From NCBI GenBank assembly GCA_977020255.1, contig CDROCS010000206.1, positions 1 through 64,000 on the forward strand: a stretch of DNA of 64,000 nt, read 5' to 3'. The position numbers and the translations under genes were made by a program. This stretch comes from Obrimoposthia wandeli (Eukaryota). Shown in pieces: positions 13,601 to 25,650 of the stretch. Within the stretch, counting starts at the first letter, position 1; every line of letters begins with the position of its first letter. Below the pieces are notes generated by a model. That model saw nothing but the letters and a program-made list of their open reading frames with translations. It made no database searches and was not told the DNA's origin.

Positions 13601-15946
13601 CTTCTTGAGTAAATGAGGAAAATACAACAAGAAGATATTCAGGTAAAAAGAAATGAAACTTTTTCCAACTGGAAGGCTAAGGAGAATTTAACAGAAGAAT
13701 GCAAAAATATTGGATTTATCAAATTAAAAAAAAACTTAAACTCTACGATGATAACACGCTATTGAACAATATTTTACAGATTTAATTGCTACTTTCATGC
13801 TTACATAGAACGTTAATGAAATCCCCAAATATCTTTATAACTTGCAAGATACTGGGTTTATTACTATATGAAAGATAATTTCTTTTTGAAAAAGAATATT
13901 TCCAAGAAATAAAAAATGCGTAATAAAAGCGTTATTGTGTGCCAAAAGAAAAATAAGAAACAAGCAGAACAAAATAAATATGTCTTTATATAGTCCCAAA
14001 GACACAGATCAAATTTGTTGTCAATTGAAGTCAACACAAAGTAAGAGGAAAATCCTAAAAATTAAATACCAGTTGATAGTAAACGATCGATTTGGCGGCA
14101 AAATTGATATCTCAACAACTACAAACAAAGATGAAATGACAATTAAATTTAAGAAACCTAGATCAAAAAAAACGTAACTATTATTATATTGATTCAGTTC
14201 TTTGGCGTCTTACAGAAAAAATCTAAAAGCTAGATCTTGTCATTTTTCTATTGTAAAACATCAAAAAATCAAAATACTTTACACTGTGATACAGAAATTT
14301 TGAAGTCGGACTGCTAGTTTTCCTCTCACATTACAAAAATATAACAATTGGTTTTTAATAAATATTTGAAATTAGAGTTGAAACACTTCTTATGGAAGTC
14401 TCAGGTACATAATTCCTTTAGAGTGATAGCACTTGTTTGTATGGCCTATCCTTTATGTCTCCAAAACCCATCTGAAGATTAATCTATATATTAGCATGCC
14501 TCAATTTGTTTTAAATTGTTTTGCTTAACTGAGGGTTTGTGTGTATATATGTGTGTGATTGGATAAAATCATGTGGCTCATTTCGATGCCTAGAAGTATG
14601 CAGAAAAAAGTCTAATTCAAAATGATTTTAATTAAAATAATACTGCTATTTAATATAAATATAGCAAGAATGATAACTTAAAATAAATAAAACACGTAAA
14701 TATAAACTTTAAGTCAAAAAATACTAAAAACTTTAAAAGGGGTTGTGTGTAAAATGTGTCCTCTAACCTATGCTGATCCAGATGTTTCTGACTAAACAGA
14801 CTGGTTTTTTGTCGGCTGATTTATTTAAAAAACAAACAGGAAGGTTTCAGTTCATAAAGAGCTGGGTCCTAATTCAGGTTTAGCAGAATTTTGCAGAGTT
14901 TATTCTGACTAAGAGAAACGAGTCACGCTACAAGATAAATAAATATATACAATTGATTACAAAAATTAGTTTTTAATTTTAATGATCAACTATGCGCCGT
15001 GGTGAAATCGATACTCTTGTTATAACGTTGTCTTCCTTTGCGAGCTTGTCCTCCTTTAAGCGAACTTGTTCTCCTTTGCCGATTTTGTGTTTCTCGAGGT
15101 GCTCGTTACTTCTTCATTTTTTCCACATGTTGTTCTAGCGAGGTTTGACTTACATTGATTATGATATTCTTTTAATATATCAATTCTCTCGTCCAAACAG
15201 CCACACGATTAAATTTTGGATTTTCATTCGAAAAATTAAAATCCGCTGCTACTAAAATTCACTTTCCCTGTGTTGTGATGCTCAGATAACTCTATGTTAC
15301 TGAGTCAGCAGTCAACTGATATAAATTAGGCCCTAATTTTCTTTTGAGAAATAACTTCTGCACGTTCCTTTTTTCCATTTAATTTTAATTAAAAAATTTA
15401 ATATTCAGGGTTCTAAAATGACCTTGGCCGGGACTATAAATAAAGCCATTTTATTTGATTTATTTTCAGTAAACTCGTGCGTTTCTGGACCTCAACAAAA
15501 ATATTCTGTAACTAACAATAGTCGGGTTCCTCAAAAATCTGTCCACGAGCTTCAGTTTACGCAACATGTTCCACTGAAATTTAATCCAGGATCCATCATT
15601 TGAAAATCGAAACCAATACTTATGCCCAGCCAGCAGGTAGAAATGTCTGGAAATCGCGCTGTAAAAACTAAGAAAGATGATATTACATGGTGTTATTTCA
15701 CGTTATCAGTAGATATGTAGATTTAATAACCAAAAAGAAAAAAAAGAAAACTGTTAATAGGTAACTACTGAAAAGACAAAATTTGAGCAGGTATAAACAC
15801 TTATGTATGGTTAATAATGAACATAACAAATGTCTCATTTTGGTCGAATAATGAAGACGTGTTTAAAACAATTAGAAAATTTCATTCAGAAATTGACAAA
15901 AATGAAATAATGGTGATAGAGACTGCAAAAGAAAAAAAAAAATTGA

Positions 15947-16865
15947 ATTCTATAAAATATCTTTCTTTAATCACTAACTTTAGATTTATGAAGATGATGA
16001 GATTAATGTTCTATAAAGACACAAAACAATCTATAATAAACTTTTAAATATAAAATTTCTCTAAAAATACACATTTGTAACTGAAATTTTTCCTTAACAC
16101 TTCAAATTTATAAAAGAAATTATTTTAAAAGATATATTTTTTAAATGGTATTACATTTCAGTATTATAAATATTATTCAATTAAAATTGTAGATTATCAT
16201 TTAAAATTTTTAGTTGCTAAACGCTACTAATTAGAAAATTAAATTAGAAAAATTAAACTCAAATTTTAATTGTATATAAATCATTTAATCATATGACTGG
16301 ATTGTTTAATTTCGCTTTGTTCCTCGACGTTGACACACAACTAAATATAAATTTAAAATGTTGTATGTAGTAAAGACCACTAAAACATTGTTATTATGGT
16401 GCATCATTACATTTAGAGATCTATAAAATATCACTTTCTTTAATCTAACTTTACTAGATTTATGAAGATGATGGTAATGTTCTTTAAAGAACTTCAAAAC
16501 AATCTATAATAAACTTTTAAATATAAAATTTTTCTAAAAACATTTGTAACTGAAATTTTTCCTTAACACTTCAAATTATAAAGAAATTTAAAAGATATAT
16601 TTTTAAATGGTATTAATTTGTTTCAATTAAATATTATTCAATTAAAATTGTAGTTATCATTTAAAATTTTTAGTTGAAGCACAAACGCTACTAATTAGAA
16701 AATTAGGAGTAGAAATTAAACTCAATTTTGGTGTATAAATCATTATTAATCATGACTGGATTGTTTAATTTCCTTTGTTTACCTCGACGTTTTGACTTTT
16801 CTATCAACTAAATATAAATTTAAAATGTTATGTATAAAAGACTAACTAAACTGCATTGTTATTAT
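15947..16865. repeat. Tandem duplication of a ~470-bp unit (two copies, differing by many small indels)
   Basis: 15947-16418 recurs at ~16420-16865, e.g. agatttatgaagatgatg, aaacaatctataataaacttttaaatataaaattt and ctcgacgtt each occur twice about 470 bp apart. Confidence 0.9.
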
Positions 16866-18066
16866 GTATGTGTGTTACAAATCAAATTTAAATTTTTTTT
16901 TTTATAGTAAATGGGAGGCATGCCAAATTTTTAAATAGAAAAATTGAATGTCATGCTACTAACTGAATAAATAAAAAATGTTAATACAACAAGAAATAAT
17001 TTTTATATCGAAAATAATAACTACACAAAACGTCAAACTATGGTGAGATAATACTGTTATTAAAGAGTTGCTAGAGTAATGGACGAGGAATTACTAAATC
17101 GATCGTTTACTATCAACATATAATTAATTTTAGATTTTCCTTCATTTGTGTAGACTAAATCGACAACAATTTGAACAAAATTGATTTTGAATATATAAAG
17201 ATATATTTATTTTGTTCTGCCTGTTTCTATTTTTCTTTTGGCCCAATAAACGCTTTTTGACATGCATTATTTATTTCTTGAAATATTCCTTTCAAATAGA
17301 AATTATCTTTCATATAGTTATAAATTTGTAGCATTCTGTGTGACAAAATATATTTGTGAATTTCATTAGTTCTTCGGAGGTATGACCAGCCAAATCTGTA
17401 AAATATTGTTCAAAATAAAAGAGAGTTTAAGGGGAGTATAAGGGGAACTCTACAAAGTAGAGACAAGTCATAACTAGTCTTGGAGAGCGCCAGTCTTTGT
17501 AATGTTACTCGTTGTAGCTGCCGCCAGTCAGATAACACAGGATGATTTGGATCAATGTTATAGGGAAATGAATTAGTATTTCCTCCCACAAGCCGTACGT
17601 GGATGTCCACTTCAATGGACCCATATATTGTTTGTGATCAATGATGTTGACATAGACTCTTCCAAGATCTGATTTTCGACTTAGATTCATCCTACTGAGT
17701 TCCAAATTTGCCTTCTTGCTGTTGTCATATGTAGACTTTAATCAGTTTGATATCAACAATCTCGTTCTTGTATCGACCTCACGAGAACTGCGATCAGTTG
17801 TTGGTGATCGAGACAGGGATATGGATTTGGAAAGAGAGAAAAAATTGTCAGGCCGACTAGGAATGGGTTGTTGTTGTCCGCTTGTAGCAATTTGATTGGG
17901 CCGCGCCGAGATGTTGCCTCTATGGATGATGGAGGAGGATGATAGAGGAGATATGGTGGAGGATGACCAATTCTGCTAGTCAGAAGAGCTGAGTGGAAAA
18001 ATTCCAGCGAGATTAAAGCACTTCTTTATTTCCGCTCTGCCTATCAAAACATATATTTATTCTGCC

Positions 18067-18119
18067 GACTTCTTGACGAGACTGGAAAGGTGAAACTGGG
18101 TTTTTACCCCGTCGGAGGC
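18067..18119 (+). ncRNA. Degenerate type I hammerhead ribozyme (copy A)
   Basis: gacttc-TTGACGA-gactggaaaggt-GAAA-ctgggtttttaccccGTC-ggaggc. Same layout as the copy at 24029-24078, but the core C3 is T and stems I-III carry mismatches. Confidence 0.55.
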
Positions 18120-18412
18120 TGATGAAAGTTACCTCCACGATTGTTAGCATTTCGGTAATTTTAATTAAATTTCAATTTAAATTGACTAAAATCTTATTTA
18201 AATTAATTATTTATTTGACAAAACAAAACTTATCCTAGCTTTATTCAAAATTAGGATGTGCAATCTCATGTTGTTTTTGTATACAACACTTTATTACTGT
18301 CCACAGTTGCGTAACTATAAAAACTTTACAGAAAATTGTTCGGTGAAGGAAGTGAAGAAGGTGAAGAATGTGAAGGAAACGATGGTGATATTGTTAAATC
18401 AATTGTCATTGT

Positions 18413-18916
18413 TCATTTGTTCTGCTCCTCCAGGAATTGAGCCACCTGGTCCAAGGGCAGTATCGGGAAGCTGGGGAATCCCAGTAGAACTGCTGCGGCT
18501 GCTGGACCACGCCGAGGTGGGTATATATCAAAAGATTGGAACGCTGCGATTCTGTGGGTTGGGTCGATCTTGGGTGGCAAGCCATAACTCTCTAGCACGT
18601 CATATAGAGTGTCGGTCCCAACTGGAACGCCATACTTCCCGGGCTCGGTGCTGTGCGTTGCGACGACGCATTTGGCAGGTGGAACACTTACAGTGTTCTC
18701 CACCGATGCAGCTCGCGGTTGAACGTCTCCCCACCATTTAGCCTCAAACAGAGATTGTCTAATGGTTGAAGGAAGTTCGACACATTGGACAGGTTGGGGG
18801 GTATCTGGCCGTGATCTGGCCCAAATTTACAAGCACCGCTCGTGAAACCGGTGTGTGCAGTATTGGGGTACCACTGTCTGGCCTCGAAGACGTTTGAGGC
18901 AGATTGTTCAGGTCAT
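18413..18916 (-). pseudogene. RING-H2 finger ORF (interrupted) with C-terminal extension
   Basis: MT*TICLKRLRGQTVVPQYCTHRFHERCL*IWARSRPDTP then, after a frameshift in a C run, TCPMCRTSF. This gives C-x2-C...C-x-H-x-F-H-x2-C-x3-W...CPxCR if the first stop was Cys. The RING start frame continues into track ORF 18413..18703. Confidence 0.7.
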
Positions 18917-19000
18917 TCTGCATGAATATATTTGTTGTTTATGGGTTTAGTTTTTCCGTATGTTTATCATTTAAGTGTATATGATTAAAATCCTAGTATT

Positions 19001-19230
19001 TTAACTTATACTACTCGATTCAGGTTTGATTTTGATGTATTTGGTGAATTGTCTTCTGCATACAGGGCAACGAATATATCTTGGAGTGGGTTGATTGGCA
19101 TATGTTTTTATCCATTGCGAAAGACATTCCTCGTGGTATAAGTTATCGCAGGTATTGGGGTCTTGCTCTTTTAATCAATATCCCGTCAACATATTGTTTA
19201 TTCCTCAGGCATTCTAAATATATGACTACA
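19001..19230 (-). pseudogene. Second RING-H2-like finger ORF (interrupted)
   Basis: C(fs)VIYLECL...TCDNLYHEECLSQWIKTYANQPTPRYIRCPVCRRQF; two ligand positions altered and two frameshifts needed. Confidence 0.65.
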
Positions 19231-19518
19231 AATTAATTTAAACATTTTTTTAAAACATTATTTCTACTAATCGAGATTTCAGATCCAGTGGGATTGTTTC
19301 TTTCACTTTTTTTCTCTCGATGATCACACTTTGGTTTCTTTGTGTGGGTTTTCTAGATCTGATCTTGTTCCTTTTGACAGGTTGCCTAGATTTAATTTTG
19401 ATACCTATTCCATTGAACCTGCTCGTATTGTAGTTCAAATTTAGGAATTGTCAGTCAGATTTGCAGCTTGTGTGTTGAGTCAGTATTACTGATGCTGGTG
19501 TGCACAGTGTGTCATCTG

Positions 19519-22500
19519 TGTAACAACTATATTACGTAATCAAGTAATCCTATATAAGAGTGTGTAGATGTTACTTTAGTTTTGTCGTGTTTTATAATGT
19601 ATTTTCGTCTCGTATTGATTCGGTCTTACAAGCTATGCAGGAAAATAAAGAATATTGAAACGATGGCTTATAGAAAAACAGTAGTGGAGATCATGAAAAA
19701 GTATAATGGATCACAGAACATTATGGATTGGTTCCATAAATTCGAAATAATTTGCGATATGCAAAATGTGAAAGATAGAGCTTCTATATTATCAGTGATT
19801 TTTATTCATGAGGCCTTTACTGTATATAAAGAAGTTCTAGCATCAAGTAATGAATTATATGATCTGATAAAGAACAAATTTATTAAAATGTATGGTCTAA
19901 GAAATCAAGATCCAATTTAAAAATATTAAACAAACGGCTAATAAAAGAACAGAATAATGATGAACATGTATGTCATATGAAAATGCTATAATATAGCAGC
20001 TATATGAATCATCTGGTGATGTATTATTGCAACTATTTTTCACTAACCTTCCTGAAAATATTTTTAATGATTTACGCAGTCAAGATCCCAATACATTAGA
20101 AGAAGCAGTTAATATGGCTAGAGTACTTAATACAAATTCAAACCAGCTGCTTGGAACAATATCAATGCAACAAGAGTTGAGAAGAGATTATTTTTTATAT
20201 GCAACGATTCGAATCATATTGCTCATCTTTGTCCAAGCAAGAAAAATATAAAGTAATAAATTCTGACATCAATCAAAATATTGTAACGAAGTAGGGAATA
20301 TGCATACTGTGGACTCGTGTATGTTCCCAAAAACAATGTAAAATGAGGCTCTTGCAGGTAAACAATAAAGTTAGTAAATGTTTAATTGATTCGAGTTGTT
20401 CAATTACTATGGTACGTTGTCAAAGTATCAATGATAATGTTAAAATTACAATGATGAATGACTCTACTATAACTGCTAGTAAAAATACCACGACGATTGA
20501 GGTAATTAATATTGTTGTTATAATAGATTGTGTTATAACACCATAGGTATTATGAAATTATGAAATTATGATGCTATTCTAGGTATGAATGCTATTAATG
20601 TGTTAGGTGGAGTTGAGATATTTGAGTCAGCTGTTTTTGATTGTGAAAAAGAATCAAATTCCCTTTGCGTATTGGGACAAAATGTGGAATGTATTAATTG
20701 AACAAACTTCGTTGCTTAATTCGACGATTTTTATTTAAGTGTGGAATGGAAATGGAGTGATGAATCGCCTCAAAATATAAATGGAAGATGGTCTCGTTTC
20801 AATTCACAAAACCCTAAAGATAGTAAAGTTATAGGTATCATATATTAATGGATCGAAAAGAAATGGTTAGTAGCGTAGGACGATTCTAGCATTGTATAAT
20901 CGATAGGAACGATCCCGATTTTTGTAGTGATTCAACAAAACAAAGACAACCTCAGACCGGTTTTTGATTTTCATAGACTAAATGAATAAATTGATATTTA
21001 TACGGGTAAAGCTGCTGTATGCAGAAAAACTGAGAAAGTGGCGAGCAGCAACATCAAACTTCGCAATATAACTGCTAGTAAAAATACCACGACGATTGAG
21101 GTAATTAATATTGTTGTTATAATAGATTGTGTTATAACACCATAGGTATTATGAAATTATGAAATTATGATGCTATTCTAGGTATGAATGCTATTAATGT
21201 GTTAGGTGGAGTTGAGATATTTGAGTCAGCTGTTTTTGATTGTGAAAAATCAAATTCCTTTATTGGGACAAAAATGTGGAATGTTAATTGAAGACAAACT
21301 TCGTTGCTTGACGATTTTTATTTAAGTGTGGAATGGAAATGGAGTGATGAATCAAAATATAAATGGAAGATGGTCTCGTTTCAATTCACAAATAAAGATA
21401 GTAAAAGGGTATCATATATTAATGGATCAAAAGAAATGGTTAGTAGCTTTCTAGCACAGCGATTGGTTTAGTGATTCAACAAACAAAGACAACCTCAGTT
21501 TTTGATTTTCATAGACTAAATGAATAAATTGATATTTATACGGGTAAAGCTGCTGTATGCAGAAAGCTGAGAAAGTGGCGAGCAGCAACATAAACTTCGT
21601 CAGTGAAAATATCAAATTGTAAGTTACTTATTATCAAAAACTTCGATAATGAAAAGGCATACTGATTCGTATATTGATGACATTTTTGTCAACGAAGATT
21701 TTATTTCTGCAGAATTGGTTGAGAAACATATGAATCTACTTGGTATCAAAACAAAATCTATTGAGAGATCTACAAAATCTGATGCTCGTTTCCTTGGATT
21801 AAATGTCATGAAAGTTGAAACTGGATTGATTTGGAGGAGAGCACAAACTATTCAATTATGCGATAAGTATGAGCACGTTACTACATGAGAGCTTTATTCT
21901 ATATGTGATAAATTGATTGGAATATACACAGTTTTTTCATGGCTACGAATCTATTGCTCATATATTAAAAAATGTACAACGGGCCAATGGAGTGACCCCG
22001 TGTCAAGTTAAGTATGTCAAATGTTAACCGAAATGAAATTAAGTGAAACAAAATGATCCCGCTTTTGGTTTGTGGAGTACAAATGGAGTTCAAGAAGCCA
22101 CATTATGGTGTGATGGAAGTAACCTAGCATTGGGGGTCGTTTTAGAAGTAAACAGGAGTGTAATCGAAGATGCAACGTGGCTACGTAAACATGAGGACGA
22201 AAGGCATATCAACCTTGTAGAGTTATAGGCGGTCGTGAAAGAATCAAATTTAGCTTTAAATTGGAAATTTTCAAAGGTTAATGTTATATGAAATAGTCAA
22301 TCAGTCGTGTGTTGGGTTAAAGGCGTAATTTCATACGATCAAAAGGTTCATGTAAAATCAACGAGTGAAGTTTTTATCAAGAGGAGATTTTCGATTATTA
22401 GCGATATGATGAGCGAGTATGATTTGCAATTGTATATTACTTATGTTCCTTCCGCACGAAATAAAGCAGATATATTAACTATAATACCGGAAAGTTTGAA

Positions 22501-22735
22501 GTCGAAAGTCAAGATCCAAGGTGTATATAGCTCGGCGGTTCAATACAATGAAAAATTAGTTAAGAACATATCCATAATATGTGTCATGTTGGTACAAAGA
22601 AAACGAAGTATTTAGATGATAGTATGAATATTCCTTACAACGATAATGAAATCAGCGGAATAATAAGTTCTTGTAATATATGTCAATCAACAGATCCCAC
22701 TTCAAAAAAGTGGGAAAAAGTGTTCGTCCGTTAGT
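19519..22735 (+). mobile_element. Degenerate Ty3/Gypsy LTR retrotransposon (gag-pro-RT-RNaseH-partial integrase), 3'-truncated
   Basis: gag MDWFHKFEIICD and zinc knuckle ICNDSNHIAHLCP (~20200); protease LIDSSCSIT (20343); RT IPIFVV..LRPVFDFHRLNE and YIDDIFV (21660); RNase H WCDGSNLALGVVLE..HINLVEL (22043-22228); integrase HHCC-like CNICQS (~22670). Possible short 5' LTR TGTAAC...TTACA at 19519-19630 (tentative). Confidence 0.9.
20468..21599. repeat. Internal tandem duplication (~600-bp unit) in the Gypsy remnant
   Basis: 20468-21063 recurs at 21067-21599; the second copy has many 1-5 nt deletions and one larger one. Confidence 0.9.
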
Positions 22736-24028
22736 ACAATAATCACGGTGGATGTCTGTCTAGCATCATTGGGTTTTTTTACATGTCCATTCTGTCTTGT
22801 ATGTTTGATTCATAACTTTGGCTTCTGCTGTTTGTTGATTTCCGCTGTTTACATTGAGGCAAGCGACAGCTGCTGGATCAGTATTCAGTAACCTGAAATA
22901 TATGGTAATGAAATTCCATACGGTTTCAAGTTGTCTGTTCGTGACTATAATTTTGTCAAAAGTTTCCACATGCGTTCATCATCAGGTATTATTGTAGTCC
23001 TTGTTATGGTAATATGGATGATTCGTCTCCATTTGTATATGGCGATTCGGAGATGTAAGATATTTTCGTGATCTCGCATGATAAGTCGGTAGTATGGTGA
23101 GTGTTTTGGGATTTTCACCTTGATGTTACGTATAACGTATAATTCCAAGTCGGCATCTTCAATCTCTGAAGTCTGTAAGTGAATGTTTGCCAGATAATAT
23201 TTTTAGTCTGGGTATTTTCATGTATATAGCACGTATTTCCGCTTATCTTCATTAGTTTATAATGATCTCGTAACTGGCTTTAATTGTTCTAGCTTGCATG
23301 ACCAGTACAATGCCTATTATTTTACGTTTCATGACTTCTTTTTCTTCTGTCGGGTATCCTAAACTTCCGATAAAGTAAGGTCTTTCCTCGATACGTTCGT
23401 ATACTATCGGTTGATATATCGGTGCTGGCTTGTTCAAGAATGATGGTATTAGTAGATGTGTTTAGAATTTCTGTAGGTTCATTTGATCTGGTCGTCTTGA
23501 AGAATCTTGATGTTTCTTTTTCAATTTTACCTCGATTTTTGAACAAACCTCAAGATGAGAAATACCAATATTATACATCTGATAATCATGGATATAATCG
23601 GATTAGCTGATTCCGGCATACCATACACTATCACTTATTTTCCTCTACTCTTGATGGTATGTCTTGAATTTATGCGTGCTCTGGTACTTTACTCAGAAAC
23701 TTTATCAAACTTTACTTTGTCCATATGCGTATCCGTCGCATTTGACGATGTTAAAGTCATAATGTCCATTTATGAAGTCATTTTCGTTGCTGGTATTATG
23801 CACATCCGCCCTGTGCACTTGTTGGAAGTAGGGCGATATATCCGGTCTAACCCCCAACCGGGGGTACCACTGTCCATTAAAACCATGCATATGTGTGGAT
23901 TGAAATTTCACGCATGTGTGTTCAGTCTTAATGTTGGGTAATTAATTAAAATAATTAATTTTTGTCAATTTAATTTGACATTTAAAAATAATCTAAAATG
24001 CCCACAATTAGGGAGGTTTTCAAATTCA

Positions 24029-24078
24029 GCCTCCGACGGGGTGGTCCCGTTTCGCCTTGCCAGGCTCATCAGGAAGGC
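24029..24078 (-). ncRNA. Type I hammerhead ribozyme with intact catalytic core (copy B)
   Basis: Minus strand: GCCTTC (stem I) CTGATGA GCC-TGGCAA-GGC (stem II) GAAA CGGG-ACCAC-CCCG (stem III) TC, cleavage, GGAGGC (stem I'). All conserved core nucleotides are present; predicted cut after GUC, between 24035 and 24034. Confidence 0.85.
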
Positions 24079-25420
24079 GGCATGATAACAAGATGAAACA
24101 ATGTTTTTCCGCCCAGCAATAGCAGCAGATGCGGCGGCGGTCAACCCTTTCTCGGCCGGCGACGGGTCTGGTCCAGCTCTTCCGCCATCCTTCTCCACCG
24201 TCCTTCCCCGTGTTCCCCGTCATCCTAGTCGGCAGGCTGCAGATGACAATCTTCTTGATCGAAGAAAATCTACTGTGACTGTGTGTGCGGAGAAGAGTGC
24301 CCCAGTCCTGATGGTGGGCTCCTCCGAGAGCAGCAAGTCTCAGTGATGCTCAGGGCTGTGTGTGTGATCGAAACTGATCATGTGTCCCGCTACTTTGTTT
24401 TGTCACAGACTCTATGGATGGGACTACCATACAAGCCGGCCTTTGTGTGCGACACAGCCACTGCCCAGATTTGTTTCCCCTCTGCCCGCTGTCGTTACAA
24501 GGAAGAAATCAAAGAATATTGCATTCTATTGACAGGACGCGCTCACCTCCCCATCGATACTACCATACCCGGACCTCCCAGCAGAGCTGTTTATCTCTCT
24601 ACATTCGGAGATAACAAGCCATCATCCACAGCTGAAATTCCCCTGTCGCTATGGACTGCAGTATCTGCCACATACCAGATCGGACGGACCAGGATTCATT
24701 CCATTTCTTCCCCATAATCACTCTCTATCTCCCTCTGTCTATAGCACAAACAACTGCTGCATGACTGGTCTCTCTTTGACCACCGACGCTGTCTCCCTGT
24801 CGTATCTCAGTTAGTGTGGCCAGGCAACAATAACAGCGCTTATGCCACACTGCCTACCGTTTATCCAGCCGCTCCGATATCCGTGCACCTACCAAAGCCT
24901 GCTGTTGATGCTGACGCTCTTACGCCCATGTGTGTGTTCATGGTACCCGGTCCATCCAATAGCATCATCTACCTCTGTTGCAATCGGATGCAGCACCAAC
25001 ATAAGTTTTCCCCTCTCATCTAACAACGGAAGACTTCTTTCTTTTTCAATGTCGCCTATTCTGTCTGCATGTCGTAAACTTCTGCTCTCGTGTACAGCTA
25101 ACGCCATCTTTCTCCACGCTGCTGTCGCTCTCTTGCACTCTTTCAATAACATATTCCCTATGTCCTTCCTCTCAGACACAATCCGTGTGTGTCTGTGTTC
25201 ACTGACATTGATTGTGTGTGTATGTGTTTTTTGTGCTGCCTCAATGTGGTCAGAGAGACTGACGGGAGATGCACAAATGTCAAATTGACAAATGGATTTA
25301 CATTTAAATGCAGTTTTGTGAAAGAGATTTTCAGTGATTTCTACAAGAATAATTACTTCAACTAATTGAAAATTGTGAAATCTATTTGGAAAGATATTAA
25401 AATCTATATAAAAGCTATAA

Positions 25421-25650
25421 CTACAATTTACATTTATGCCAATTTGAACTATTTATGAAACTACAATTTACATTTATGCCAATTTGAACTATTTATGAAA
25501 CTACAATTTACATTTATGCCAATTTGAACTATTTATGAAACTACAATTTACATTTATGCCAATTTGAACTATTTATGAAACTACAATTTACATTTATGCC
25601 AATTTGATTCTATTTATGAAAATACAATTTATATTTGTACCAATTTGAAC
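25421..25650. repeat. 40-bp minisatellite, ~5.5 copies
   Basis: ctacaatttacatttatgccaatttgaactatttatgaaa at 25421, 25461, 25501, 25541, 25581 (1-2 mismatches) plus a degenerate copy at 25621; no spacers. Confidence 0.95.

Noticed and set aside
142-17300. Short AT-rich track ORFs in MSH6 introns and intergenic DNA (e.g. 142, 4764, 8461, 11282, 15817, 16306)
   Set aside because: Low-complexity K/I/F/N-rich chance ORFs or antisense overlaps of exons; no motifs.
18865-23874. 14-bp direct match ggggtaccactgtc (18865-18878 and 23861-23874)
   Set aside because: Flanks do not align and the RING frame is not preserved at the second site; likely chance.
22740-23930. LINE endonuclease (APE) call
   Set aside because: Only a vague DYI...SH resemblance; no GDFN or other APE motifs and no RT.
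24026-24223. Gag zinc knuckle in CCYCWAEKHCFILLSC
   Set aside because: Spacing does not fit CX2CX4HX4C, and the frame runs through the hammerhead, so it is probably incidental.
24889-25179. HUH/Rep motif in GYHEHTHG
   Set aside because: A single short motif without motif I or the catalytic Tyr motif; insufficient.
25421-25650. 40-bp repeats as a CRISPR array
   Set aside because: Units are directly adjacent with no unique spacers, there are no cas genes, and the context is eukaryotic.
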